A stretch of 64,000 nt of DNA, from positions 87,050,001 to 87,114,000 of the forward strand of contig NW_024704742.1 in assembly GCF_018977255.1 (NCBI RefSeq), in the 5' to 3' direction. Source of the stretch: Callorhinchus milii (lineage: Eukaryota). The position numbers and the translations under genes were made by a program. Below the pieces are notes generated by a model. The model ran no database searches, was not told the origin of the DNA, and saw only the letters and a list, made by a program, of their open reading frames with translations. Positions 25,901 through 40,690 of this stretch are shown piece by piece; position 1 is the stretch's first letter, and each line of letters starts with the position of its first letter.

Positions 25901-26696
25901 AATTCTGCACGAGAAATACAGAAACAAAAAAAAAACAGAAATAGGAGGAGGCCATTCAATCCATCAAGCCTGTTCCAGTTTTAGATCTTCACACAATTTC
26001 TTTTAATCTCAATGCACCTCCCGTTTAACTAAACTCTTGAATACTCTTTAACAGCTCTACTATTCCAAGCATTATCTGCCCAACTCATTTTTAAACATCC
26101 CTATTGATTCTGCATTGGCAACTTTCTAGGACAGAGCATTCCATATCTTCACAACTCTCTGCATGAACCCATAAGTCCACAGCATCTAAATTTGTGGATT
26201 CCTAGAGAGATTTCTTAATAAAAACTTGTATGACAACTAAAATCTCCTTCCAGTTACTGTAAATAAATCACATTTATCCATAGAGACTAACAAAGTGGAT
26301 TCAGTTGTATATCTGTTAACTGGAAGCTATCCCCATTCACGACTTGGAACCCGTTATGAATTATGGTAATTTAGCCCCTGTCCTGCGATGATGAGAAATG
26401 TATTTCAAACTCTTTTCTACATTACACAGGCCAAACATTTATCTTCCACCGTAAGAGCAAAGAATCAGTATCGGAAGCTTTCCAAATTACGATTTTGAAT
26501 GCAGAACAATCGGGAACGTACAGAGATTCAACATCCTTCCCCCTTCATACACTGAAATCAATTGGGAAAACAATGGTGAAATGTGGGCAAGTGAAGAGTT
26601 GCCCCCTATTGTACGAAGAATTTGTGCAGCAACCCTGAGGTCAGAATGGACTTTGCCCTGCTAGCAGTGAGAAAAATCTTTGGGAAATGCTGACTT

Positions 26697-27149
26697 AATA
26701 ATAATTATAATCCTTGCATTTGATATAGCACTTTATCACGTCTTCGAGATGTCTCAAAGCGTTTCACAGAATATACAGAATATACAGAATTGACTGTATA
26801 TTTTGTGGGCGAAACGCGACAGCCAACTGTGCACAGCAGTGTCCCACAAACAGTCATGGATTGAAGTGACCAATTTATTATTATTTTTTTGAAGGAATTA
26901 TTACCCCCGGAAAAGCAATCCGCCAATCGACTAACAACCGGGTTCCTACTTACTGCTAGGTAAACAGAGTAGTCTGGAGTAAGGAAACTTGACCAATATT
27001 TTGCTCTGCCAGGAATCGAACCCAGGTCATGCGACCGCCAGGAGGATCTAAGGCGAACTAGATAGACTTTGATCTTTTTTTGTCTAGCATTTCTTATGTT
27101 CTTATGCTTGCGAGACGAGTGCACTAACCACTGAGCTACAGGACTCCAC
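26697..27149 (-). mobile_element. tRNA-derived SINE, long subfamily, with a CR1 tail inserted at about 27033-27104
   Basis: Head interrupted by ...gtctagcatttcttatgttcttatg. Confidence 0.87.
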
Positions 27150-29704
27150 AATAATAGTTGTAATGGGACATAGTTGTAATGGGAGTACAGCATAGGTGTT
27201 TGTGCTATCATTTGTGAAAGTGACTTTGTACTTCTCAGAAATGCCGTGGAAACAGTCTGTGTTTGTGCTCTCAGCAGGATGTGCATTGCTGCATTCAGAG
27301 AGACACGTGGATGCATTTTTGTTCAAGCTGAGATGAAAATTCTGCAAATTCATTCACAGTGGAAGGGCCCTTTCAACGCCCGAGTGCACATGAGTGGATT
27401 GAACCTTGCTCTTTGTGGGCAGAATCAGCAGAATCAAATTTCTGTTTCTGATAGCATTTTACAACAGCGCTATATTGATGAATTATGTTTCTTTAGAATA
27501 TACCTGCAGGGATTTATAGATATAATAATCATCTTTGCATTTTGATACAACACCTTATATCTAAAGGTCTCAAAATGCTTCACTGTAAAGTGTAATAACA
27601 ATATATTTGTATGGGAACATGGCAGGTAATTTGCACACAGCTATGTTTCATAAACAGTTTTCTTTTCGACTGTGCCTTTGGTCACCTTCCTCCCCTTCCC
27701 CCTGGCTCGGCCCCGGGATCCTTTACCGTAAAGCGCTCTGAGACGCCGTTCGCCGTGGAGGGCACTATATAAATCCAAGTTGTTGTTGTTATGAAGTTAA
27801 GGACCTTTTTTTTTTAAAATGGGAGATTATTGGCCACAACACCAGGACAAACTCCCTTCTCTTTTCAAATAGTGCTATGGGATCTTTAACATCTACCTAA
27901 ATAGACAGGTTTAATACTTCATCTGGAGGACCTCACCTCTGACAATGCAGCAAACCCCATTAATGTATTGGAATGTTAGCCAAGACTATGAGCTCATGTA
28001 CGCCAGAGCCTTAATAACCAAAATAGCCTTAGTTTGTGTGTTGATTGCTTCACTGTAATATATTCAGTAGAAATGTACCATCCCAGTAATTAATATTTGC
28101 TTATTATGTCACAAAGTAACTTATGGCCCTGTGTGGCTGTGTCAAAAAGCTCCCAAACTGCATAGATGGTGGAAACCAAAACTTAATGATGCAGCTCTCA
28201 TGGGGAGCTGGAAACCTGCATGGACTCAATGGGTCAAACAGCCTTCTCCTGAGCTGTCATTTCTATGTTTCATGATTCACCAGATCGCTCTTAGTCGCCA
28301 TCGCTTATCTCTTTTGGGTCCTATTTTAGGAATTAAAGGGATTTGCCTTGGTGAACCCTCTAATTCCTTGCCTCTTCACCTCTGTCTTTCCTTCCCTTTG
28401 TTTAATCTAGAAGCCATTACTGGTACTTTGAGTGTTAGATAACTGAGGCTGGCTGGTCGATCAACAAATTCTATATCCATGAATGGGTTGTCTTCATGCA
28501 GGTAATCAAAATGGCTTGCCCTTCATGCCCTGGCACCTCTCTACCTCTCCATCCTAGTTACACCCCGACCCATTACCCACTGCCTCTGTTCAACTGGCTC
28601 CAACCTCCTGCTTGTCCCTCGGGCCCTCCGTTCCACCATCGGTAACTACGCTTTCAGCTACTACGCCCCGAAATTTTGGAACACTCTCCCTCTACTTTCA
28701 CCCTCTTCCCCATCTTCAGGTCGCGCCTTCCTTTTCAGCCATACCTATGGTCACCTCCCCCGGCTTGGTGTTGTGCTCCACCACTGTCAAGCACTCTGGG
28801 ATGCCACTCTGCATGAAGGGCGCCATATAAATGCAAGTAGTTGTTGTTGAAAATGGACCAGAGAGTAGGTGGCAACTAGGAGAGGTAAAGCTTAGATGCT
28901 ACTGCTGTTCTAATCATGGAAAGATTAGCACTCAAATCCTGAGCAATACCTAAATAAACACATTATTGTCCACCTGCTCAGTACAGATACGTTTACTGAG
29001 GGTGAGAGAAAACACTGAGAGGTAAATTACAAAAGTGAAGTTCTGTTAAACACATTTACTTTCTCAATCAAATTTAGAATCTTATATATCTCTATAAGGT
29101 AGATCTCTTTTCAAAGCTGAAGAGCCCCATCTTATTTAATCTTTGCTCATTCCTCCAAACTAGGGATCAAACAAGGAGGATCATCCTCGTTGGTCTACTC
29201 TATGCTGCCGCTGGGGCCTGGTCAGCTCCTTATGTTGCAGTGACCAGAATTGTATGCAGTACTCTAGGTGAGGCCTTACCAGAGGATCTCAAAGCTTGAG
29301 CGTGACATCTGAACTCAACTAATTTCACAACGCAGCCCAGCATCCTGTTTGCCTTGTTTATTGCTGTCTCACATGGTCTTGTATGAGGGCAGGTGTGCAA
29401 CACTGCTTATAATCAGACTATCCTCTCAGAAATAATGAATAAAGCCTGGATCCCATTGTTCTTCCCCACATCTCCTTACATATACAGGCTTTCAAGCTGC
29501 ATTAAATGCTCTGTTCACGTTGTCCTCTCCAATCCAATTACAGTGAATAGGTTCATAATTCATTTTGAAAGCCTTGTGGAATTTATTGTGAATGAGCAGG
29601 GTAACAAAGCCTAATGTAAGAATTAGTTATCAGTGAATAGTCAATATCAGTCAATAGTTAAAAACCTCAGTTTGTCTGTGTTAAACTGGCCACCTAACTC
29701 TACT

Positions 29705-32428
29705 CCCACTGGGGAGGGGGCGGGATCAGACCAAGTGGACTGAGCGCGGATATGGAATATATCCCATCTGTGCATCTTAGAAACATGAGATCGGGGAGCA
29801 GCTCGCGGCTGACGGACGGAAGGTAAATCAGGCAGCGGCGGGGAGTCACAGGGTTGGGGTTCCGGGGATCGAAATCCTCTGCCGGGTTCATCGTGGCACT
29901 TGGCGTTGGCTGTCCAGCAGCAGCCACACCATCTTCCCCATTCCCCACTACCGCCGCAAGCCACCTCAGATCCTGACCCCGGGGGCGAACCTCTCCTCCC
30001 TCATCTGCATCCCTACCCTCCCTCTCAACCATTCCACTAGCCCCTCCCATCCCACACATATCCCTACCAACTGTCCACTCCGCATTGGCCTTCAAAACAT
30101 CCGCTCCATTTCCAACAAGATTCTGGCTGTCAATGAACTCATCCTTGATGAGAACATTGACATCATGGCCCTCACGGAAACCTGGATCACTCCAGGTGAC
30201 ACCTTCCCCTCACTGAGACCACACCACCTGGCTATACCTACCACCATGCCCCACACCCCAACCGCTTCAGGGTGTCACTTGCCTTATCCCCCTACTCTGC
30301 TGGCTCATTCCCCTCTTTTGAACACATAACTCTCTGCCATCCCTCCCATCTCTCACTAAAAATTCTCCTAATTTATTGCCCCCCAAAATCCTCCCCCACC
30401 TTCAAGGGCTCACTCAAGGGCCAGGTGCAGGCTACGGAACACACTTGGCTCAAATCCGGCCTAACAGTCCACCGGCACATCTGGCTGGACCTCTTCAAAA
30501 CCTGCTGCTCCGCTCTCGCCTCGGCCAAATCGTCCTTCTACTCCAGATTAATCCTGGAGGCGAAGGATAATCCTAGGCTCCTGTTCGCCACCAACAACTG
30601 GCTCCTCCGCCCTCCTGCCACGCCTCGCAGATTCTTTCCTCCGATTCCCACTGCAAGGAAATGCTGGACTTCCGAGTCCAAAATCGAGGGAATCCGCTCA
30701 GCTGCCACTGTCCTCCCAACATCCATCCCCTTCCTACCCCCACCCCACACTCCAACCACTACCCATCCCTCCTTCCACACTTTTGAACACGTCACCCCCT
30801 CCTCTGTCATCACCACCATATCCTCCATGAAGTCCACCACCTGCTCCTTGGAACCCATCCCCACCCCTCTGCTTAAATCCCAGCTCCACCTCCTTGCCCC
30901 ACTACTCGCCGACATCATCAACCTCTCCTTGTCATCTGGCACTGTTCCTATCTCTCTCAAATCAGCCACTATCACCCCCACCTTGAAGAAACCTTCCCTG
31001 GACCCATCACAGCTATCCAGCCCATTTCCAACCTCCCTTTTCTATCTAAGGTCCTTGAGAGAGCCATTGCCTCCCTGCTTCACTCTTTCCTCCCACTCCA
31101 TCCATGAACCCCTCCAATCAGGTTTCTATGCTGCCCACAGCACGGAAACTGCTCTTGTCAAGGTCACAAACGACATCCTGACCATGTGTGACCGGGCCTC
31201 CCTCTGCCTCCTCGTACTCCTCGACCTCTCCGCTGCCTTTGACACTGTGGACCATTCAATCCTCCTCCACCACTTCTCCTCCCATTTCCCTTTCACACCA
31301 CCTCCACTTTGCCTCAGCAAACGGCTTCTATTCCAGCCCCCGCACCATCTCGTGAGGCGTTTCTCAGGGCTTTGTCCTTAGTCCTCTCCTCTTCATACTC
31401 TACACGCTCCCCCTTGGTGACATCATCCGCAGACATGGGGTAAATTTCCACATGTATGCGGATGACACCCAACTCTATCTCTCTGCCTCCACCCTGAATT
31501 CCAGGATTACTGGCATCCTGACCGACTGCCTGTCCGACATCGTCCTGGACGAGGGAAAACGTTCTCCAACTCAACATTAGCAAGACCGAGGCCTTCCTGG
31601 TTGGCTTTCGCCAGCGCCTACGCACCTCAGGCGCTGGCAGCATCAGCCTCCATGGCTGCACACTCAACCTCACTAAGCCAGTCAGGAACCTGGATGTCTT
31701 GTTTGACACTGAACTGTCCTTTCTCCCCCACATCCGCGCCATGACTGGCACTGCCTACCACCACCGCCGCAACATTGCCATACTCCGCCACTACCTCACC
31801 CCTCAGGCTGCCGAAACCCTCACCCATGCATTCATCACATCAAGGTTCGATTATGGAAACTTCCTCCTCATCAGCCTTCCCAATTATTCCCTTCACAAGC
31901 TGCAGATCATCCAAAATTCTGCAGCTCATGTACTCTCACACACCAGGCTCCGTGACCCCATCACTCCCACCCTCGCCTGACTCCACTGGCTCCCCATCCC
32001 TCAGGATCGAGTTCAAGATCCTCGTCCTCACCTTTAAGGCCATCCATGGCCTTGCCCCCTCCTACCTCTCTGACCTGCTGACTCCCTACCAACCTGCCTC
32101 TCCCTCCGTTCAGCGGGCTCCGGCCTGCTCCATGTTTCCCGCCCGACCCACCCTACCATCGGTGGCCGGGCTTTCAGCCTCTCTGCCCCCACCCTCTAGA
32201 ACTCCATTCCACAGCCCCTTCACCTCGCTTCCTCCCTTGCCTCCTTCAAGGCCGGTCTCAAGACCCTCCTCTTCGATCGTACCTTCAGTCGCCCTCCCAT
32301 CTCTCTGCCTTCCCTCACCCCTACCCCACCCTTTCCCCATGCTCGGGTCCTGACCCCTGACTGTCCAGTACCTTGGGATGTCCTCCCAACGTGAAAGGCG
32401 CTCTATAAATGTAATTTTGTTGTTGTTG
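29705..32428 (+). mobile_element. L2-clade LINE, longest copy; frameshifted and internally deleted
   Basis: APE endonuclease start LQNIRSISNK...ALTETW (about 30090-30185), RT motifs [13 protein letters not shown] and YADD (about 31455), 3' stem-loop and (TTG)n tail. Confidence 0.9.
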
Positions 32429-35019
32429 TAGTTTGGGGTCAGGGCAGGTGATTATGCATCATTATTGTGCTAATAATAAACTGAAACATTAAGGTTATAT
32501 TTCACAGTATAATTATACCATTTTCATTATTTGTATTTGTTCGAATGGGTTGGAAAGTTCTCGCTTCTGCAAATTGGTGCCAGATAGCATTGCCTGACAA
32601 TGGAACCACTTCTGTGGCTGAGCTCTTTCAAAGGGCAAGAGTGGACTACATACTATTTACAGCACCTGCTTTCATCTAACACAACAACGTGATGTGAAAT
32701 GATATGAATACAGCTTTCAGTGTAAAATGGCACAAAAATTATGATAATTAATAATCCTTGCATTTGAGATATCACTGTTCACATCTGGAGGACGCCTCAA
32801 AGCACTTCGCAGGATTTTATTGTAAAGTGTAGTGACAGTGCATTTTGCAGGCAAAATTCCTACAAAGAGAACTTTTTTTAAAAAAAATTAGGTAAGGTCT
32901 AACATGTTTTCTAGACTAAGAGATTCTTAAAGTATCACATACCAAGATGGGTTGCAGGTGAACTCTTCCTTCTCCCCTACCCTTTCACATCCACCTTCCT
33001 CTCAATCTTCCAGAATCCCAAATGACCTGAATTGTACTAATATGGATTACCTTGATGAATTACGAAATGGGATCCTGTTTGGACATTCAGTGGGAGTGTA
33101 TCTACCCCATTAACAAAAAGGTTGGTCAGATGCCTTGGATTACTTTGCACTAAACTTGCCCTGAGGCGTTTCTAGTCATTGATCACTGTTACTATGTAAA
33201 TAACCACTCTCAGTGGCAACACAACACTTCGATCCAATTTCTTGCTGTCCAACTGACAGCAGGGGATGTGGTCTCATACTCTGGTCTCTGGTATTCACAT
33301 GATAAGGATATATAAAGCAAGGATAAGAAGAAACCAATCTTTCATTTTGCGTTGATGGTGTTTATCTGGCAAGGAGGGATAAGGTTGGAGTTTTGATCAC
33401 GTTTTCAATAGAGGCTGTTCCTGCAGCTTAGTAAAGCTCAGCTCACTTTTGTCCATCAAGAGTCCCAAACAGAATCGGCAGCACCTACGCACATTTAAGA
33501 ATTCTAGTGATGGGTTTTTAGTCTGAAACCCTTATTATACAGCAACCTTTTGTGCATCATGATGATCATTCAAATGTTAGTCCAAACAATTCACAATCGC
33601 GCCACAATGTTTTGCTGATATCCTCAGAATAGTACAAAGGACCCATTGTAGTTATATTTGCAATGTTTCCAAGTAAAACGGATCAGATAAAGGTCAGATG
33701 TTCCAGAAACCTTTGCAAATCAGGCTACATGACTGACTTGTAATTTTATTCTATGGGCATTGTTAATTCCACTGCTCTCAGTGAGAACGCTCACATCCCC
33801 ATTATTTAATATAATCCACTGCAGTAAACCCATGGCACATTCCAGAATGGCTTTGCCCAGTAATAAAGAACAGAGGTAGGAGGGCGGCTGAAGGCACGGT
33901 TGAAAAGGAGTCTTGCGTCATGCCTTGAAAGAGGGTCACGGAGCCTGGTGCGGGAGAGGACACGAGCTGCAGAGTTCTGGATGATCTGCAGCTTGTGGAG
34001 GGAAAAGTTGGGGAGGCCGACAAGGAAGGACTTTCCGTTGTCAAGCCTTGAGGTGACGAATACACGAATGAGGGTTTCAGCAGCCTGAGGGATGACGCAG
34101 GCCACCAAAACCCTCAGGTGATCTGGGACAATACCCTGCGTGAGGGGCACTATATAAATGCAAGTTGTTGTTGTTTTTGTTGTGATTTGCCTCAACAGGA
34201 TTCCATAATAACAAACATAAAAGGGAATTGCTTACTGTAACTGGGCAGAAAGCACGTTGTGCACATACTTACTGCAGCAAAGCTTTGAGTCGATGGCTTT
34301 GCAGAAGGATTTACTTATAATGTCTAGAAATGCCCATAAATTAGACCCTGATAACATATCCACTGCAAAAAAGAAAACAACAACTTGCATTTATATAACA
34401 CCCTTCACATGGGGTAGTGTCTCAGAGTGCTTAATAATATAATGCCCTATTTTATAAAACACTTTGTGAAATGTCACATTCGTACAAGGCCTGTATTTAC
34501 GCTTTAATCTAATAACTGTTACGTAGGCAAATGTGGTGGTTAATCTTAACCAATGCCCACAAGCAGCAATGAGGGGAGTGACCAATGATTCTGTTTCCTT
34601 CTATGTCTGCACTAAACCTTCTCAGGGTGTCAATGGGGCAACGCCAAGCCAGGCTTTCTAGAGCAGGTTGTTGCAGAACCTGAGAACTGCCAAGATGCAC
34701 TGTAACTGGCTGCTGTGGGGTCTTCCTGGATTAGGAAGCAAACAGCTGTTGCCGTATCTCAGACCCGCATCATGTTTCTCTGTTGGTCAAAACAAGGTAT
34801 CTCACTTAAATTGCTTTGTGTACTTTGGCAAGAGTAATTACATATTCTGTGCAGGGTAATTTTCCATTCGTAAATTCGTAAAGGGATGGGAGTTTCTCTC
34901 AGTGTCCTGGACAACAATGCCTCACCTCAAATGAAATTGGTCAATTTTACAGGGAGTTCTTGCTACCTGCCAACCTCCCAGTGAGGGCTGAAACTCACAA
35001 CTCACACTTGGCGAATGTC

Positions 35020-35575
35020 AAAGGACTAATTGGTGACTATCCTCCTTGGGGAGGGGGGAGTTGGGGGGAAGTAAACAGGGTCTCCTTGAAGCTGAACTGG
35101 CTCCACGGTAACACGTTTGACAACAGAATATCAGGATTGAGCCCTCTGTGGCGGGATCAGTTATCCAGTTCCTGAGCCAGTCGGGAATGCAGTACTGATA
35201 ACAGCACAGCCAACTTCGCTCATCAGCAGGACTTGAAAGGACAGACCAGTCACTAGGAATAAGGACTCTTTCCTGCAAACCAAAGGTTGGGTGGTCCTAG
35301 CTCGACAAGCAGCGGGAAAGCTTACCAGACAGCAATATCAATGGCAAATTATTCGGTTTTAGCTAGTTAGACTCCAGCATTTACCCCAATGTACACACTG
35401 CCAACCTGCACGTGATACTTTCTGGAATTAGTCAGGCAGGATGCTTTCCTCCAGGGAGAGAATGCACTTTCCAATAAACATCTCTGGAATTTCCATGTGT
35501 AGGTGGGATGTATGGGAACTCAGCTTGGTTTGGATACTCTTAAGCATGGTGATCTACGTGTGTCAGACACATGTC
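35020..35575 (+). repeat. Old unclassified interspersed repeat (at least 5 copies in the window)
   Basis: Blocks gtgactatcctccttggggaggggga, gtggtcctagctcgacaag, gttagactccagc and gggagagaatgcac...tttccatgtgtaggtgg recur at about 6640(+), 7840-8185(-), 53430-53730(+), 55450-55680(-). Confidence 0.65.
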
Positions 35576-38500
35576 TGACCAAAAAAAACTTTCCTGAAGT
35601 TTGTGAATATTGGTTTAGAAAAGTCGCAGCCGTTGAATCGCAATTCCCAAATCGCCAAAATCTGAACAAAGAAAGGCTCATGATTGAACACCAGCTGACT
35701 TGTCTTGGACGTTTTCAACAACTTAGCAAAAATAAGAGTATCAGCAGGTGGTGGACACTAAGCATCTTCCTGAGAAGTACTTCGGTTGAAAGGACTTCAA
35801 AGTTGTTACATTGGAAATCTTGCCTCTGAGAAGTTGGCAGCCCAAGCTTAGAATATTGAGCAACTCCAGAACCATCTGCGTTCAGATTCTCTTGAAATAG
35901 TTCATAGCAAGGAAGGCTTATTGACGCTCATAGCAAAGTCACAGCAAGCCTATCGACTCTGCTCCATCACTGATTCACATACACTAAGTAGGTTGGGATT
36001 GTCAAAAGGTGCAGGTGCACAAGTGGCTTTCCTAAACTTGCCAAAATTGTGTGCTGGTATGTGGTTTGCATTGGAGACTGAGTGGGTCAACTGAGCTACT
36101 AACAATTTGGAAGAGCACTGCTTGTTTTTTTGGCCAGTGTATCTGTATTCCCAAGTCCAATGGAAGATGGCAAAGTGGACAGACTGCCCTGAAATACTGT
36201 GATGTGTCTATGTGTGACAGAAATAAAGAGAGATGCACAAACACAATCACTACATACAAGAAAAAGAACTTTACCACTTTGATGGCACTTTCAATTCCCC
36301 CCCAACACCCCCCAGTTCAGATGTACATGCAGCTGTATGACTATACCTATTTAGATACCCCAAACGTTAGTGGATAGATTGTGAAGTGTGTAGACAGTGT
36401 ATTTTACAAGTATTTTGCCCAGAGCAAAGTCCCACAAACAGCCTTGAAGTGAATGATCAATGTTGTCTGGGGACTTGATGGCCAGGACCCCAGAGAAAAC
36501 TCCCTTCTCTTTTCGAGTAGTGCGGTGGGATCTTTAACCTCCACCTGAACAGGCAGGCAGGACCTCAATTTAACATCTTGCTCTGGCACCTCCAACAGGT
36601 AACACTCCCCCCAGTACTACATCGGAGTTACAGTTTAATCTATATAAGTTCAAAGTCCTGATGTGGGGGTTGAATCCACACTTTGACTCAGAGTCAAGAT
36701 TGTTATCCACTTAGCCAGATTGACATACAAATCGTGTGATAAAGTGGCACATCATTTTGGGGGCTATTACATTGCCCCTGAGGTCATACCTATTGCTTCC
36801 TCTATCTATCTTTCTATCAGTTCAGAAAACACTTTTGCACAGATACACTCAGATAACTCAAGTGCCTGCTGGTTTATTCCAAGCCACAGTGATTGAATGA
36901 AACTTTCCTCTTTCAGCTCACTATAAGTGTTCTATGTGTAATTTACTGAGGCAGATCAATTCGGTATGATCAATGACACAAACAGTGCCCATAATCTTAA
37001 ATACATTGACACGTTCTCTCTAAAGTTGTACTGTGTAGGAGTTTTGGAATTCAGTTAATAATATTTTTTGTGTTTGATATAGTACCAACATGAGTGTGGT
37101 AGAGGAAACAGAAGAGGCAGTCTATTAATCCCTTTTCATGTCATTGAGACGTCTCAAAGCTGTTGCGTGTAGCCCCCTGAAGTTGAGTATAGGGCACATA
37201 TTGAGATGAAATAAAGGAACTTCTGTGTCTTGACCCATTACTGTACCTGACCTAAATGTGCTTGATTCTGATGCTGGGTGTCCAAAGTAGTCTAATGTGT
37301 TCCAGTTCACAGCATCAACATCTCACTTTGAGAAGCACAAAAATTCATTGAAAGTCACAACACGGCAATGATGAGGTCAAAAACACAATACTCCTGATTT
37401 GAACGGGTTCATAAATCGTAAATCCTGACTGCTGTGCCTTATGTCAACTTGTGGGAATTCTGTCCTGACACCAAAGCGACTCCCCCCAGCAAAACCTGGA
37501 GAATTTTCAACCATTGAGTATAAAGTGTACCAACGTGCATGTGGTAGAGGAAACAGAAGAAGCAGTCTATTAAACCCTTCAAATAAATAATAATTTAGTC
37601 ACTTAATCCATAACTGTTAGTGGGACACTGTTGTGCACAATTGGCTGCCGTGTTTCACCCACACAATATACAGTCAATTCACTTTATAGTATATTCTGTG
37701 AAGCAGTTTGAGACGTCTCAAAGACATGCTAAGACTCTGTATCAAATGCAAGGATTATTATAAAATTAATTCTGAGGACATGGAGCAATGGGATCAGACT
37801 TTCAGTCAGTACCAGTATTCGACTGAAACATCATAAAAATGACATGCAAAGTCACGTGAAGTCTGTCAGTAACCATCACAACCAGCCACGCACTCAGGAA
37901 TCATGACTGCCAAAGATGAACACAAAGAATAAACAAATGAATGGATCAATGAATGAACCCGAAGAAGGAAAGTCGAGTTGAAAGCAATACTAACAGGAAG
38001 AAATGACTTACTTAAAGGCCATGTTGGTGGTAAATGACGGTGACGGAATGGAAAGACTGGGATAGACGTTGTATTATGCGACCATCTTTTTCAAGCCATT
38101 GGCAGAAGTTAAAATAAACACTATTTAGGAATGAATAGCCTGAATAAGGAAGTAGCGAGATGCATTTATGTATTGTCTTTCATGTAAAAGAAACTTCTCG
38201 TAACATTTTACAGAATGAGATCAGTTAGAAATGAAATAAACGCTGTTATGCAGGCCAACATGGTATCCAATTTGGCCTACAAACAACAATGGGATGGAGC
38301 AGCCAATCTATTTGAATTTAGAGGAGAATAAGACAGCATAATCAGGNAAAAAAATCCACTTTTCTGGTGCCCTTAATGTCCACCTGATTATAAGCAGAGG
38401 GGAAGCTAAATTAATGACTCAGTTAAAAAATAAACGATGATCTGGAAATAAATATTTTGTCTTTAAAAAAATGTTACTGCCAATCATCAGCAAGTTAGTC

Positions 38501-39752
38501 ATGTACCAAGCTGCGTACAGTGATTAGCTGCCAGGTCATCATCTCAGATCCTGAAAGCAATGGAACAAACTGAGAAGTGGGTGTCACAGTTGCTTATAGG
38601 ACTATGGCTTCATTTAGTGGAAGAGCCTAAGCCTGATGAGTCAGTGGTATGGAAAATGCAGATGGGGAACATCCTGTGTCAAAAGGTACTCATGGCAGAT
38701 TCTCTTCTGTCATTGAGTGAAAGGTGAAGAAAAATAACCATTCTATACCTCAGCTTACTAACTGTCCACACGGGTATCACAAGATCACATGATTAGAGCA
38801 ACTTGTTCAGCGCCTTGGGACGTCCTCCCGACGTGAAAGGCGCTCTATAAATGGAATCTTGTTGTTGTTGTTGTTTGATCGCGATGATCTGGCTTGTTCA
38901 CCAAAGATAACAAGGAAAACAATAGTGAACACAGGTTTACAGACAACATTTCCCAGGCGAGGTACTGAAATAAACTAGTTGTGATCTACTTTTCACAATA
39001 TACGATATTAGCTACCTGTTTATTTTCACAGCAAATCAGTAGATCTTATACTGCAGTAAATGGGACAGTGACACACTTCGAAACACACTGAGAGCACAGT
39101 CTGAATCACCTTAAATAGGCATTTCTCATTCAAGCAGCACAACAGAGCTTGCTGTACTCAGCAAGCAATTCAGCTCAAACCTCATTTCATAGCAACTCTT
39201 GCGTGCACTTTCAGGAAAACATAGTTGGCCTGGATGCAAATAAACTGGTGCAGCTGCTGTGCGCTCAGTTCAATTGGGCCCTTGTGCTTTGTACCCTCCC
39301 TTTGTAAAACAAGAGTACTGATGTCCTGTAATTAACTTCAGGATTGAGCTCGTTGTTCATGTGTAAGTGGCAATGGCTTTCTCGGTTTGGAAAACAAGTA
39401 CATTTAAAGGGGCAGGGGCACTGTATCAGAGGGTTGCAGCACAGATTCAGTCCCTGGAGCAACTTGCTCCGAGTAGTAAACTTCAGAGCAGTCATGTCGG
39501 TTACAGTACCAAGTACAGCAAATATTGTAACTGCTGTAGTGAAGCGTGCTTCAGGTTTCCTTTTGGGATGGGATATTTCCCATTTTAAACCACCAGATTT
39601 AGTAACTTTACTGACTGGTGGGCAAGAATTCTGTCCAGCATTATGCACGCTGCATTTGGCAATGTGACACTATTATGGGAATTCCCATTCATGTCCAACA
39701 TCACCAAATGCAATGTGCACAGTATTCCAAGGTCTTGACATGCAGAGAACAC

Positions 39753-40690
39753 CTACAACAAGAACAACAACAACAAAATTATATTTGTATAGCACCTTTC
39801 ACATTGGGTGGACGTTCCAAGGTGCCAGTCAGTGTTTCGGACCCGAATTTGGGGTCGGGATTGGGGAGGGCGGGGTGGGGGAAGGAGGGTGATCGAAAGC
39901 ACGGTTGAAGAGGAAGGTCTTGAGATGGGTCTTGAAGGAGGCAAGGAAGGGGGCGATGCGGAGGGACTGCAGGATAGAATTCCAGAGGGTGGGGGTAGAG
40001 TCGCAGAAGGCCCGCCCGCCAATGGGGGGCAGTTGAGGCGGTGGGCATGAAGCAGGCTGGAGCCTGCTGAGTGGAGGAAGTGGGCAGGATGGTAGGCAGT
40101 TAGGAGGTTGCAGAGGTAGTGGGGAGTAAGGCCATGGAGGGCTTTGAAGGTGAATACTAGGATCTTGAACTGTATCCTCTGTGAGATGGGAGTCGGGTGA
40201 GGATGGGGTGATTGGGTCACGGAGTCCGGTACTGGAGAGGACACAGGCTGCAGAGTTCTGGATTATCTGCAGCCTATGGAGGGAGGTGTTGGGGAGGTGG
40301 ACAAGCAAGGAGTTTGCATAGTCAAGCCTGGATGTTATGAATGCGTGTATGAGGGTTTTGGCGGCCTGCGGTGTGAGACAGTAGCAGAGCTGGGCAATGT
40401 TGTGGAGGTGGGGAAGGCAGGTTATGATATGGATGTGGGGTAGAAAGGATAGTTGAGGGTCAAACAAGATACCAAGGTTCTGGATTGGCTTAGTAAGGTA
40501 GAATGTGCATCAATGGATGGTGATGCTGTCAGCGCAGGATGTGTGGAGCCACTGACAGCAGTCAATCAGGAGAGCCTCAGTCTTATTGACATTCAACTGA
40601 AGAAAGTTAGCTCTCATCCAGGACTTGATGTCTGACAAACATTCTGTCAGTACAGTGGTGGTCCTGGAGTCAAGGGTAGAGGCAGAGAGG
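39753..40690 (-). mobile_element. L2 3' fragment (about 0.9 kb)
   Basis: FLQLNVNKTEAL, FITSRLDYANSLL, FKTHLKTFLF motifs; tail. Confidence 0.87.

Noticed and set aside
26705..27316. Recurrent ORFs containing [13 protein letters not shown] or TVCGTLLC (many loci)
   Set aside because: Chance translations of SINE bodies.
30272..31381. Longest ORF (369 aa) as a host gene or active retrotransposon
   Set aside because: Fragment of L2 ORF2 with an internal deletion and frameshifts.
38347..38347. Single ambiguous base (n)
   Set aside because: Assembly ambiguity, not a biological feature.
38630..38660. CTGATGAG...GAAA on the plus strand
   Set aside because: The intervening bases do not form stem II and I found no stem I or III pairing.
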